Source: Candidatus Marinacidobacterales bacterium (lineage in GTDB: Bacteria; Acidobacteriota; Vicinamibacteria; Marinacidobacterales; SMYC01). From it: 64,000 nt of DNA. The DNA is taken from assembly GCA_965224085.1 (NCBI GenBank), contig CBDCYI010000004.1, positions 1,504,001 to 1,568,000 on the forward strand. The letters are read 5' to 3'. Both the position numbers and the translations under genes were made by a program. Numbering within the stretch: the stretch's first letter is position 1; every line of letters begins with the position of its first letter. Below are positions 41,454-52,041 of the stretch, in pieces. The notes beneath the pieces are model-generated. The model worked only from the letters and a program-made list of their open reading frames with translations. It was not told where the DNA came from and did not search any database.

Positions 41454-42917
41454 CTAGGTGCGGGCGACACCCGAAGCCCGCTCGTCGTAGGAGAGTCGGA
41501 TCTTCGCTTCCACGTGGGGGTGCCGGCCGCAAACTTCGCGCAAGTGCTCTCGGCTCAGCTCGAGGATCTCCGTGTTCTTGACCGCCGTCACCGTGGCGGT
41601 GCGCGGCTCTCCCGAGAGCGCGGCCATCTCGCCAAAGAAATCGCCGTCACGTAACGTGGCAACGGGAAGCTGCTGGCCATCTCTGTTGACGGTCGCCCGC
41701 ACTTCGCCGGTGCTGATGATGAACATCGAATCTCCGGGACCGCCTTCGGTCACGATGACCTCTCCCGCCTTCGCGACCCGCCGCATGAGCAGAAGAGCGA
41801 CATCCACGAATTCCGCCGTCGTGAGATCCGAAAATAAGGGGATATGGGTGGGCGCTTCGTGCTCGATGTCCTGCTCGCCCTTGGCCGAGATGCCGACGTC
41901 GTCGATGATCGAGTCGATCAGCGAGTCGATATCTTCACCCAGAGCATCCACCATAGACTCGACCCCGTTGGCCGCCAGCTCGGGCTCGGAATCGGCCTAA
42001 ACAACCTCCCTCTCCTCGAGAAACGGAATGTCGGGCTCGCCAGTATTCTCGAGCTCACTCGAAGCGGCCACGTCGAGCACAATCTCGGGCGAGTCCGAAG
42101 GCAGCGTCTCGAGACCGTCCAACGAGAGCTCGATTTCCACTTCGCTCGATGGCTCCTCGAACGTCAGCTCGATCACCTCGTCGTCGCTTGGATCCGGGAC
42201 GATACCAACAAGCTCCACACGCTCTTCTTCGAAGGTCGGAGGCTCGTCAAGCGACACTTCGCCCGGCGGCTCGGTCTGATCCATCAAGTCGAATCCACCC
42301 GACTCAGCGATTTCAGCAGGCGGCTCTTCGACAGGCGGCGGCTCGGGCGTTTGCGCCGAGATCTCACCCGAGGTGCCGAACTCCATCTCCATGCTCTCTT
42401 CGAGACTGAGCTCCGGATGCGTGACGGGCGGCGGGGATGAGGCTTCCGCCGCGGGCGGCGGGGACGAAGCTTCCGCCGCGGGCGGCGGGGAGGGGGCTTC
42501 CACCTGCGGGGCCTCCTCACTAGCGCGCTGGATCGGCGCGTCGGGGTGCATCAAAGCTTCCGCCAGAGACTGACGGTTGCTCGACGTCGCGGAGCGATCC
42601 CCCGTCATCGCCGCCAACTTCTCGTGAACCTCCGTCTGGCGCGGATCGATCTGAAGGATTTTCTTGTTGATGGCGATGGCGCGGATCATGAAGCCTTTGT
42701 CGGCGAGCTCGTCCGCAACGATCCGAAGCTGCTTGACGGCTTCGTTCTTCTTCCCCGCCAAAACGAGCGTGTCGGCAAAGCGCAAACGAATCTGCGTGTT
42801 TTTCTTATCCTTCCGTAAGAGCGTGATGAACCATTCCAAAGCGCCATTGTAGTCCCGTTTTTGCAGGCACGCCTGGATCTCTTTGAACGGCTCCTTTTGC
42901 TTCTTACGGAAGGCCAT
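41454..42917 (-). pseudogene. TPR + acidic linker + cNMP-binding protein interrupted by an in-frame TAG (41999-41997)
   Basis: EEREVV*ADSEPELAANGVESMVDAL joins ORF 41997-42917 to ORF 41454-41954 in frame; GDFFGEMA...PRTATV cNMP motif. Confidence 0.75.
42425..42505. repeat. 27-bp tandem repeat x3 (encodes AEASSPPPA on the minus strand)
   Basis: CGGGCGGCGGGGA..(G/A)GCTTCCGCCG units at 42425, 42452 and 42479. Confidence 0.85.
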
Positions 42918-43148
42918 CAGGCGTGTCTCAAACGATTCGGATTTCTTGGATCAACTGGGCTCGACGGACCCAGGGTTGCTTGATCTTACCACGAACCGCC
43001 TTCTTCATCGACGTAAAGCCGGAGCACGGACCCTGTGCCCGCTATCGAGGCGCTGCGCCAGCGCGATATCGAAGGGAACGTTGTTGGCCGCTTCGCTGGC
43101 TCCTGGTGCTCGCCCCGTTACGAGCGCGCCTCGCGGGCCACCCATCAC

Positions 43149-43178
43149 TTGCCGGCCTTCCAAGCCCTCTGCTACACT
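43149..43178 (+). promoter_or_regulatory. Putative sigma70 promoter for the 43250 gene
   Basis: TTGCCG-18 nt-TACACT with TGn extension. Confidence 0.5.
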
Positions 43179-43249
43179 TTTAAACGTCTTCGTTCCAACA
43201 GCATGCGACATTTTTCTCCACTGAAGCTCGATGACCATCGGTTTTTAGC

Positions 43250-44422
43250 ATGAGGTTTCCCGGCAGCAAACTACTCTCCCAAGACATCTCCACCGAAACC
43301 ACTTCTTTCGACAGCATCATTCGTCACTGCGAGAACGTCAACCTCTCCGGCTACATGGAGGTGACGTTCGGCGACGCCGAGGGGCTCCTCCTTTTCTACC
43401 TCGGCGAGCAGATCAATATTATCTATCGTCACACCAACAAGATCTTTCTCGGGGGTGAGGCGACGCTCAAGCTCCGCAACACCGCCCAGATGCGTGAGGG
43501 TAAGATCTCGATCTACGAGCTCCCCCTGGACATGGCGCACATGCTGCGAGGGCTCTCCAACCGAAAAGAGATTTTTGGACAGATCTTCGCCGCCGAGCCG
43601 CTGAAAGACTTCATCCGCTAGCGACATGACGACGGCCATACCGGATCGCTCGAAATCCTCACCAACAAAGGTACAGGGATGATCCTGCTAGTCCGGGGGC
43701 GTTTTTCCACGGCCTATTTCGAGACCGAAGGCGGCGTCACGTTCGAGAAAAAAGAAGCCCTCAACAAAATCTACGCGCTACTCGAGCGCGACGACACTTC
43801 GGCGCAAGTATTTCAATCCGATTTTTCTCCCGACATCTGGAAGACGCGCCAACAGGGCAGCAAGGGTCGTTCAAGCCGCCTTCAAGAGCTCCTCGAGCAG
43901 CGCGGGGACGGGCCCGCAGAGCCGATGGAGAGCACAAATTTTAACGAGACGAGCAAGCCGAGAGATAGCACGACTGCGCGCGTCGTCACCATGGCCGAAG
44001 TCGCTCCGCCGCCCGAGCCTCCCCCGAGCGCCGATCGAAGACCGCTCCAGGAGCAAATTCTCTCCGATATCGAGGAGCAAACGCCGTCGCTCCTCGCCAC
44101 TTTCTTCTTCGATCTCGGAAGCGAGGAAATCGATGCCGAACTCGTCACCGCCCCCGACGAGACCGCGGACCGCCTCATCATCGACAAGCTGCCAGCCTTC
44201 GTCAAATATCTCGAGAACCTCGCCGCGATGCGCGGCGACGATCACGTCGAGATTCTCTCGATGAGCACGGAGAATTTCTATCTCATCGTCAAATGCATCC
44301 CGGAGACCGAGGAAGGCATCGCCATGATCACCGACCGGAGCCAGCCGGTCACCCTCGCAAGCTCACTTCTTCTGAACAGCGCACACCGCTACGTGGCGAT
44401 GCTCGCAGGAACCGCCGTTTAG
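43250..44422 (+). pseudogene. Tandem DUF4388/DUF2226-like domains plus roadblock-like C-terminus, interrupted by an in-frame TAG (43619-43621)
   Basis: LKDFIR*RHDDGHTGSLEILTNKGTGMILLVRG; the read-through segment HTGSLEI mirrors LSGYMEV of the first repeat. Confidence 0.7.
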
Positions 44423-44463
44423 AAACGTCAGAGCACCAACCTTCGTTTCTCCTATGTTATCGT

Positions 44464-45147
44464 GTGCGAGCTTTGGGTTTATTCGTCACGCTCGAGGGGA
44501 TCGAGGGATGCGGTAAGTCGACGCAAGCCCCGCGTCTCGCCCGCCGGCTTCGTCAGGAAGGCTACGACTGCTTTCTCACGCGCGAGCCAGGCGGCACCGT
44601 CATTGGCAGCGAGATTCGCCAGGTCATCCTCAGCCCGGAGAACCATCGCATGTGCGCCGAGACCGAGCTCGGTCTTTATTTTTCCGATCGCGCGCAGCAC
44701 TTGCGTGAAGTCGTTTGGCCGGCACTCGAGGCGGGCCGTATCGTTGTGTGCGACCGCTTTACCGACTCGACCATGGCTTACCAAGGGTATGGTCGCGGTC
44801 TTTCGCTGCGACAGATCCACGCACTCGATCAGGCAATGACAGGGCAGTTCAAACCCCACGTCACCCTGCTACTGGACTTGTCCGTCCAAGAGGGGCTGGC
44901 GCGCGCCCGCGAGCGGAACCGTGAAAGCACGTCGCACAGCGATGAAGGGCGGTTCGAACAGGAAGAGATCAACTTTCATCGGCGGGTGCGCGCCGGCTAT
45001 GCGAAAATGGCCCGCAAAGAGAGTGAGCGCTACATCACCGTGCCCGCCTCGGGAAAACCCCGCGACGTGCACGAAGCCCTTTGGACCGCTCTGAAGAAGA
45101 CTCGAAAGCTCCCGCGAAAACATGTCGTTCGAAAAGCTCGTCGGTAA
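44464..45147 (+). CDS. tmk: Thymidylate kinase
   Basis: FVTLEGIEGCGKSTQ, TREPGGT, CDRFTDSTMAYQGYGR; start uncertain (44464 or 44473). Confidence 0.95.
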   Translation: MRALGLFVTLEGIEGCGKSTQAPRLARRLRQEGYDCFLTREPGGTVIGSEIRQVILSPENHRMCAETELGLYFSDRAQHLREVVWPALEAGRIVVCDRFTDSTMAYQGYGRGLSLRQIHALDQAMTGQFKPHVTLLLDLSVQEGLARARERNRESTSHSDEGRFEQEEINFHRRVRAGYAKMARKESERYITVPASGKPRDVHEALWTALKKTRKLPRKHVVRKARR

Positions 45148-46135
45148 CCGGGCACTTGTCTCGAGGATCGCGCGCATGGTTCGCTCGGGTAAAGTTCCGC
45201 CAAGCCTTCTATTCAGCGGCCCGTCCGGCGTGGGCAAGCTGCAAGCGGCGATGACGCTCGCCAAGGCGCTCAATTGCACCCGGTCCAAAACAGACGCCTG
45301 TGGCGCTTGCCCGGCCTGTCTCCGTATCGATCGGGAAGAGCACCCCGATGTTCATATCGCGCGGCCGGAAGGTGCGGGACGTCAGCTGCGCGCGGACGCC
45401 GTGCGTGAAATCGTCCGCGAGACACCGTTCCGCCCGTTCGAAGGACGCCGGCGCGTATCGATCCTGGTCGATGCCGATCGCATGAACGACGCGGCCGCCA
45501 ACAGGCTCCTCAAAACACTGGAAGAGCCGCCGCCCTGGGCCGTCCTCATCCTTGTCACTTCGAACGCAGCGTCTCTTTTGCCGACGATCCTCTCGCGCTG
45601 TCAGATCTACCGCTTTGCGCCACTCGCGATCGAAGAGCTCAGCGAGCTGCTCGTCAGCGAACACGACGTCGATCGCGAGCAGGCCACGCTGCTCGCGGCG
45701 CTTTCCGGCGGCAGCGTGACCGAAGCGCTTTCCTATAGGGACGAGCCCCTGACCGACCTCCGCCAAGAATCGCTGCGGCTTCTGTCGGTGGTCGCTCGAG
45801 GTGGGCGTGAGCAAGATCTCGTACCCTGGGCTTCCCGGCTCGCGAAAGATACGAGACTGATCCTCTTGCTGCATCTGCTCATGGGTATGGCGCGCGACGT
45901 CGCCGCGACCTCGGCAGGTGGGGTGATCGTCCATCGCGATTTGAAGGACGAGCTCGACGGGCTGTCCCAAGGGGCGCCTCTCGACGCGTGGCTCGCCGCG
46001 TATCGGCTCACCGAAAAAGCCCTCGAAGATCTCCGCGATCGCTATCTCAACAAACGCCTTACGGTGGCTCGGCTCCTCGCCGAGCTGAAGAAGCTCTCCG
46101 GTGGACAGCTCTCCCAAGCTCTAGACCACCGATAG
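45122..46135 (+). CDS. holB: DNA polymerase III delta' subunit
   Basis: GPSGVGK, CGACPAC, HPDV, AANRLLKTLEEPP, LLPTILSRC; follows tmk. Confidence 0.92.
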   Translation: MSFEKLVGNRALVSRIARMVRSGKVPPSLLFSGPSGVGKLQAAMTLAKALNCTRSKTDACGACPACLRIDREEHPDVHIARPEGAGRQLRADAVREIVRETPFRPFEGRRRVSILVDADRMNDAAANRLLKTLEEPPPWAVLILVTSNAASLLPTILSRCQIYRFAPLAIEELSELLVSEHDVDREQATLLAALSGGSVTEALSYRDEPLTDLRQESLRLLSVVARGGREQDLVPWASRLAKDTRLILLLHLLMGMARDVAATSAGGVIVHRDLKDELDGLSQGAPLDAWLAAYRLTEKALEDLRDRYLNKRLTVARLLAELKKLSGGQLSQALDHR

Positions 46136-46317
46136 CCGGGCAGCAAGTCCTGTGGTAGACTCAAAAGTAATTATCGCCAGTTTTTCAGTGCTGTTTCTCT
46201 GACGAGCCTATCCAATTGGTTCCAACGACCAATGATCGGTCGGACCAGGCGTCTAGGCGGGTGAACGCCGGCCCGTAGCGTGTCCGAAGGGTGGGGTACA
46301 AAGGAGCGAGGTATCTC

Positions 46318-46632
46318 GTGAACCGCAAGCTGATTCGGCCAAACTTGACGGACCTCAAGGAACAGATGGGCCCGAAGGGCGCAACGCGCGCTAAGCGAGT
46401 GCCTCCGGAACAGACGAACGCGGAGAGCTTCTACTACCTCAAGCAAATGAATAGCAAGACGCCGATGGTAGTGGTCTTGGTCGACGGTGAGGAAATCCAC
46501 GGCATCATCGAGTGGTACGACAAGAACTGCCTCAAGCTCAATCGCCCCGACAAGCCGAACGTCCTGCTCCCGAAGCACAACATCAAATATATCTACAAAG
46601 CCTGCGAAAAAACGGACCCGAAATCTGATTAG
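46318..46632 (+). CDS. hfq: Hfq/Sm-like RNA chaperone, acidobacterial type
   Basis: [27 protein letters not shown]...LLPKHNI Sm-fold pattern; RBS AAGGAG. Confidence 0.75.
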   Translation: MNRKLIRPNLTDLKEQMGPKGATRAKRVPPEQTNAESFYYLKQMNSKTPMVVVLVDGEEIHGIIEWYDKNCLKLNRPDKPNVLLPKHNIKYIYKACEKTDPKSD

Positions 46633-46681
46633 AACAAGACCGCCAGACCTCATGAGGGCGCGCGGGCCCTTTTTCTACGTC

Positions 46682-47170
46682 TCAACGCCGTTGCTTGAGG
46701 GCCGCTTCCACGTCGCGCGCCATGTCACGCTCGCGGGCGGCGGCTCTTTTGTCGTGCTGCCGCTTGCCGCGGGCGAGTGCGAGCTCGACTTTCAATCGTC
46801 CTTTTTTGAAGTACATGCGAGTAGGCACCACGGTCAGCCCCCTCTCGGTGATCTTGCCGATGAGACGCCGGAGCTCGCGTTTCTTGACTAGAAGCTTGCG
46901 TGGGCGCAGCGGTTCGTGGTTTTCATGCGTCCCGAAGCGGTAGGGGCTGATGTGCGCTTGCAGCAGATAGAGCTCCCCGTCTCGTACCGCTGCATAGCTG
47001 TCCTTCAAATTCACGGCCCCTTCGCGAGCCGCCTTGACCTCGGTCCCCACAAGGACGAGCCCTGCTTCGAGCCGGTCGAGCAGCTCGTAGGTGTGCGACG
47101 CCTTTCGATTGACGGCGACGACCTTCTCGCCCGGCTCAGACGGTCGGGAGCCAGCAGACTTTTTACCCAC
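46682..47170 (-). CDS. smpB: SsrA-binding protein
   Basis: NRKASHTY, EAGLVLVGTEVK, RKLLV, GKRQHDKR. Confidence 0.96.
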   Translation of the reverse strand: MGKKSAGSRPSEPGEKVVAVNRKASHTYELLDRLEAGLVLVGTEVKAAREGAVNLKDSYAAVRDGELYLLQAHISPYRFGTHENHEPLRPRKLLVKKRELRRLIGKITERGLTVVPTRMYFKKGRLKVELALARGKRQHDKRAAARERDMARDVEAALKQRR

Positions 47171-47402
47171 GATACAATTTGCCTTGGTGCCTTGGAAGAG
47201 ATTCGAGGCGTCCCTACTCCTCGTCCTCGTTGCGGGAGAGCCAAAACGAACGGATCGCTGACCGTAGGGAAACGCCCCAATATGGTATACTATACGTTAA
47301 CTTTTAGCCCCGTAAACCCACGGCGGACTGGACCTTACGGCCACCGAGCCGGTGCGTCGCTTTCCAGAATCGCCTCTTCAGGGGCCCCGGGAGAGTTGCG
47401 AG

Positions 47403-48623
47403 ATGACGCAGTTCCTCGCCAAGGTGGGCACGCTCGCCGGTGACATCGAAGAGCTTGCCATGAACGCGGACACCGAAAACGTCCTGCGCGACGAGCTTCG
47501 AGAAAAAGGATACCACGTCTTTTGGGTCCGGCGGAGCCTCGGCCTTGGCGGGATAAGAAATCCCTTCAGCCGGCGGCAGCGCATCTCCCACACTGAGTTC
47601 ACCCTCTTTAACCAGGAGCTGGCGGCGCTTCTCAGAGCTGGGCTTGCTTTGCTGCAATGCCTCGACATCATGCTCGAGCGGAGGAGCAACCCGTTTTTCA
47701 AGCAAGTCCTAATCGATATCCGTAACAAGGTCAAATCCGGAATGGCACTCTCGGAGGCATTCCGCTCGCATGGCGATCTCTTCCCGCGTATCTACTCGGC
47801 GTCCCTCGTCGCGGGCGAGAAGAGCGGCGGCCTCGATACCGTGCTAAAGGCTTATGTGCGCTACCTCAAGCTCAGCGAAGCCACGCGCAAGAAGGTCATC
47901 GCCGCGCTCGTCTACCCAGCCTTCCTCTTTGCGACGCTCGCGTTCGCCACGGCTTTCTTGCTCCTCTGGGTGATCCCCCGTTTCGCCGGCTTCTTCGAAG
48001 GATTCGGCGCCGAGCTCCCCATCCTCACGGTCATCCTCATGGCCGTCGCAACTACGTTGCGCGATCACATCGTGATCCTCACGACGGCGACGCTTGCGGG
48101 ATGCATCGTCTTCTTTTTGTGGTCGAAGCGCGACGGCTCCAAAAACATCATCGACCGCTTCCTGCTGAAGCTGCCATTTCTCGGTCCCATATTTCACCTC
48201 TTCGCGACTTCGCAGTTGACGCGCTCGCTCGGGACGCTGCTTTCTGGCGGCATCCCCCTCGTCCAGGCCATCGACATCTCCGCGGGCTCGATCAGCAATC
48301 GTCATATCGGCAGCGCGGTCATGCCCGTCGCCGAGCGTGTACGTGAGGGAAAAGCCTTCTCGATCAGTTTGGAGAAAACGGGCGAGTTCTCAAATCTCAC
48401 CATTGAGATGGTAAAGGTCGGTGAGAACACCGGCGATCTCGCCGAAATGCTTCAAAACGTCGCGGATTTCGCCGATGAAGAAATCGACAACCGGTTGAAC
48501 CTCATGCTCTCCATGCTCGAGCCCATTGTGCTCCTGTTCATGGGCGGCCTCGTGGCCATGATTCTTCTCGCCATCTATCTGCCGATGTTCGATTTGATCA
48601 ACGCGGCGCGGTCAGGAGTGTAG
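47403..48623 (+). CDS. T2SS/T4P inner-membrane platform protein GspF/PilC
   Basis: FNQELAALLRAGL, AGEKSGGL, VGENTGDL, LEPIVLLFMG. Confidence 0.92.
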   Translation: MTQFLAKVGTLAGDIEELAMNADTENVLRDELREKGYHVFWVRRSLGLGGIRNPFSRRQRISHTEFTLFNQELAALLRAGLALLQCLDIMLERRSNPFFKQVLIDIRNKVKSGMALSEAFRSHGDLFPRIYSASLVAGEKSGGLDTVLKAYVRYLKLSEATRKKVIAALVYPAFLFATLAFATAFLLLWVIPRFAGFFEGFGAELPILTVILMAVATTLRDHIVILTTATLAGCIVFFLWSKRDGSKNIIDRFLLKLPFLGPIFHLFATSQLTRSLGTLLSGGIPLVQAIDISAGSISNRHIGSAVMPVAERVREGKAFSISLEKTGEFSNLTIEMVKVGENTGDLAEMLQNVADFADEEIDNRLNLMLSMLEPIVLLFMGGLVAMILLAIYLPMFDLINAARSGV

Positions 48624-48632
48624 GACGGAGCC

Positions 48633-50294
48633 ATGGCGACGCCCCGCGACACGAATCAGTTCGTGCCCGAGCTCGACCCGGAAGGCACTGCGCTCACACT
48701 GGAAGAGGCGCGGAACAAAGAGAATGACGACGCGAAACGACTCGCCGAGCGTTGCCGCCTCGAGTTCATCGATCTGACGAGCTTTCAGCCCGACCAAGAG
48801 CTGTTCCAGAGCGTCCCAGTGGATCTCATGTTCCGCTACAACTTCCTTCCCTATCGGAAAGAGGACGGGAAGCTCGTTGTCGTCACGGCCGACCCGACCA
48901 ACGTGCCCGCGATGGACGAGGTCGCGTCGATCTTGAATACGCCCGTGCTCGCCGCGGTGGGCACCGATACCGCGATCCAGGAGCTTCTAAAAAAAAGCCA
49001 GAGCGCCCAGCGCGTGCTCGAGGAAGCCTCCGAGAGCTTCCACATGGAGATCATCCGCGAGGACGACGCGGGCGAAGAAACGCTCTCGATCGACCGCCTC
49101 ACGGATACGTCGAGCCCCATCATCCGGCTCGTCGACTCGGCCGTCTACAACGCATTGAACCGCCGGGCTTCCGACATCCACATCGAGACCCGCGACGAAG
49201 AGGTCGTCATCAAGTACCGCATCGACGGCGCGCTGACGCGGGCGATGAAGCCCATCCCCAAGGCCCATCACTCAGAGATCATCAGCCGCATCAAAGTCAT
49301 GGCGGAACTCGACATCGCCGAAAAGCGCGTCCCTCAGGACGGGCGTTTTCGACTCAAGATCAAGGGGCGCCGGATCGATTTTCGCGTCTCGATCATGCCG
49401 AGCATCCACGGAGAAGACGCCGTCATCCGCATTCTCGACAAAGAGTCCATAAGCGAGCGCTTTACCGAGCTAAGACTCGACATCCTGGGCATGGCAGAGG
49501 CCGAAGTCAAGCGCATTCGTCGTTTCATTCACGAGCCCTACGGGATGTTTCTCGTGACCGGGCCTACCGGTAGCGGCAAGACGACAACGCTCTACGCCGC
49601 GCTTTCCGAGATCTACAACGAAGAGGACAAGATCATCACGATTGAAGACCCCGTCGAATATCAGCTCAAAGGCGTCACCCAGATTCCCATCAACGAGAAA
49701 AAAGGCCTCACTTTTTCACGGGGGCTACGCTCCATTCTGCGTCACGATCCCGACAAGGTCATGGTGGGAGAGATCCGAGACCCGGAGACGGCGCAGATCG
49801 CCATCAACGCCGCGTTGACGGGACATCTTGTTTTCACGACGGTCCACGCGAACAACGTCATCGACGTTATCGGGCGCTTCTTGAATATGGGTGTCGAGCC
49901 TTACAACTTCGTCTCGTCGCTCAACTGCATCCTCGCGCAACGGCTCATCCGAACGATCTGCGCGTTCTGCAAGAAGCCGTACAGGGCCGATGCGACCCTT
50001 CTCGAGGACTCGGCGCTCGATCCGGCGCGCTACGGCGAGCACACGTTCTATCGCGGTGAAGGCTGCATTCAATGCTCGGGCTCGGGCTATAAAGGAAGGG
50101 AGGCTATCAGCGAGCTTCTCGGATTGAGCGACGAGATCCGCGAGATGCTCGTCGAAAGGCGGCCTGCGGTGGAGATCAAGAAAGCCGCGAAGCAATCCGG
50201 CATGGTCTTTCTCCGGGACTCGGCGGTCGAAAAGGCGCTTTCGGGGCAATCCACGCTCGAGGAGATCAACCGCGTCACTTTCGTGGCGTCTTGA
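48633..50294 (+). CDS. T2SS/T4P assembly ATPase GspE/PilB
   Basis: ASDIHIE, LDIAEKRVPQDGRF, GPTGSGKTTT, LRHDPD, GEIRD, Zn-binding CxxC pairs. Confidence 0.95.
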   Translation: MATPRDTNQFVPELDPEGTALTLEEARNKENDDAKRLAERCRLEFIDLTSFQPDQELFQSVPVDLMFRYNFLPYRKEDGKLVVVTADPTNVPAMDEVASILNTPVLAAVGTDTAIQELLKKSQSAQRVLEEASESFHMEIIREDDAGEETLSIDRLTDTSSPIIRLVDSAVYNALNRRASDIHIETRDEEVVIKYRIDGALTRAMKPIPKAHHSEIISRIKVMAELDIAEKRVPQDGRFRLKIKGRRIDFRVSIMPSIHGEDAVIRILDKESISERFTELRLDILGMAEAEVKRIRRFIHEPYGMFLVTGPTGSGKTTTLYAALSEIYNEEDKIITIEDPVEYQLKGVTQIPINEKKGLTFSRGLRSILRHDPDKVMVGEIRDPETAQIAINAALTGHLVFTTVHANNVIDVIGRFLNMGVEPYNFVSSLNCILAQRLIRTICAFCKKPYRADATLLEDSALDPARYGEHTFYRGEGCIQCSGSGYKGREAISELLGLSDEIREMLVERRPAVEIKKAAKQSGMVFLRDSAVEKALSGQSTLEEINRVTFVAS

Positions 50295-50318
50295 GGCCCA
50301 CACAGCAAGACGATAAGG

Positions 50319-51317
50319 ATGAGGATGAGAAGACGCAGCCCCTGGATGCGCTGGCTCCTCGACCCCGAGCCACCGGGGCTCGGTCTGGATTTGCGCACCG
50401 GCGAGCTTTCGTTCGCACGCTTGTCGGCGAAACGCGCGAAGCCCGAGCTGGATCTGTGTGTTACCTCGCCTTTGCCGACGAACTGTCTCGCGTTCAGCAT
50501 GCTCGAGCCCAACATCCTCGACCCGAAAGCGCTCGGCCAGTCGATCGAGAACATCATGTTCGGCGTGGGCGCGAATGGAGCCAAGCGGCTTGCGCTAACG
50601 CTCCCCGACTATGTCGCACGCATCTCGGTCGTCGAGCTCGCCGAAGCTCCCCGTTCGACGTCGGAGGTGATCGACATGCTCAAATTTCGACTCAAGAAGT
50701 CTCTCGGCTTCGATACCGAAAAAGCGCGGCTCGCGTTCACGCGGCTTCCCGGCATAACACCCGCCTACCTCACCGGTGTCATGCACGAATCGGTCGTCGG
50801 GCAATACGAGGACTTTCTCACTGAGCTCGGTTTCGAGGTTGGGCTCGTGATCCCGGCGAGCATGAGCCTGCTCCAGGTCCTCGCTCCCGTTGCCAGCAGC
50901 AAATTGGCGCCCGGGGCGGATTATTTCTTCGTCAATGTCGAGCGGGAATATTTCACGGTCAGTCTGGTAAGAGATCGAGAGGTTCCGGTTCTGACACGAA
51001 CGTTGGGGCTGCGCTCGCAGGGCGATGACGGCCCGCCCGTCATCTACAGTGAAGACGATCTCGTGCGGGAGATCATCCCGACCGCCATTTATTACAGGGA
51101 GAAGCTCAAAGGTTCTTCTCTCGAGCGGATTTATTACCGCTCGCTCAGGCCGGATCTGATCCACCTACGCGAGCTCCTGGAGGAACAATTCGAAGCGCCG
51201 ACCGAGCCGCTCAATCTGAGAAGTGCTGTGGGCGTCGCGGAGAATCTGAAGATGGACGCGGCCCTCGCCGATTCCGTGGGCGCCGCGGCCGGGGCGGCGC
51301 TCGGTAGCGCTGCCTGA
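50319..51317 (+). CDS. PilM-like protein
   Basis: GLDL start, actin-like pattern, position between ATPase and PilN. Confidence 0.7.
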   Translation: MRMRRRSPWMRWLLDPEPPGLGLDLRTGELSFARLSAKRAKPELDLCVTSPLPTNCLAFSMLEPNILDPKALGQSIENIMFGVGANGAKRLALTLPDYVARISVVELAEAPRSTSEVIDMLKFRLKKSLGFDTEKARLAFTRLPGITPAYLTGVMHESVVGQYEDFLTELGFEVGLVIPASMSLLQVLAPVASSKLAPGADYFFVNVEREYFTVSLVRDREVPVLTRTLGLRSQGDDGPPVIYSEDDLVREIIPTAIYYREKLKGSSLERIYYRSLRPDLIHLRELLEEQFEAPTEPLNLRSAVGVAENLKMDAALADSVGAAAGAALGSAA

Positions 51318-51330
51318 GACCTGACGGACG

Positions 51331-52041
51331 ATGTCTAACCGTTTCAATTTCGCGCGCCGCCCTTTCGTCAATGAAAGGCTTCCGCGATTGGTTTCCATCG
51401 CGGCGGCGACACTCGTCATCGGCCTCACGCTCGTCCACGTTTTCTTCCTCGCCCGCTACCTCGTCCGTGAGCAAGAGGAGCTCGACGTGCAGGTCGCCGA
51501 GCTACGGGACGAGCGCACCGCCACCGAATCACGCATCGCGAGCGCCGCGGCAAGCGTCGCTCAGGGTCGAACTGCGCTCGGCAACGAGAGAACGGTGTTT
51601 CTCGCGCGCATCTACCGGCTCAAGAGCTTCTCCTGGACAGGCCTTTTCAACGAGCTCGAGGCGATCACGCCGAGAGCCGTGCGCATTACTTCGATCGCGC
51701 CGCTCGAAGTCGACGGCGAGATTTCGGTGACGCTCACGCTCGTAGGGCGCACGCTCCAAAACGTGCTCGAGATGGTAAGCGCGCTCGAGGGGAGCTCGTT
51801 CTTTGCGACCGTGTTTCCTCTGGACGAAGTCGATTTGGCCGATCAGGGTGCCGGCACAAACAGCGGCATCGCGGCCACGCTACGGCTTCGTTATGTGGAT
51901 TACGAGCTCACGCCAGTCGAGCCGGAGCCTGAGGCGAAACGTGAGACCGATGAAGACACGACGTCCGGTGACGCGGATTCGGCCGAAGCCGACATCCCTC
52001 AAGCGCCCGAGCCCGGACCGAATGCGGAGCGCAACCCATGA
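51331..52041 (+). CDS. PilN-like protein
   Basis: NFARRPF, TM helix, coiled coil, SWTGLFNELE...VRITSI. Confidence 0.8.
   Translation: MSNRFNFARRPFVNERLPRLVSIAAATLVIGLTLVHVFFLARYLVREQEELDVQVAELRDERTATESRIASAAASVAQGRTALGNERTVFLARIYRLKSFSWTGLFNELEAITPRAVRITSIAPLEVDGEISVTLTLVGRTLQNVLEMVSALEGSSFFATVFPLDEVDLADQGAGTNSGIAATLRLRYVDYELTPVEPEPEAKRETDEDTTSGDADSAEADIPQAPEPGPNAERNP

Noticed and set aside
42923-43238. Short ORFs between the divergent signalling genes
   Set aside because: No motifs; the region contains a promoter and looks intergenic
46632-47400. tmRNA (ssrA) next to smpB
   Set aside because: No tRNA-like GGGG...CCACCA ends or tag-peptide ORF found
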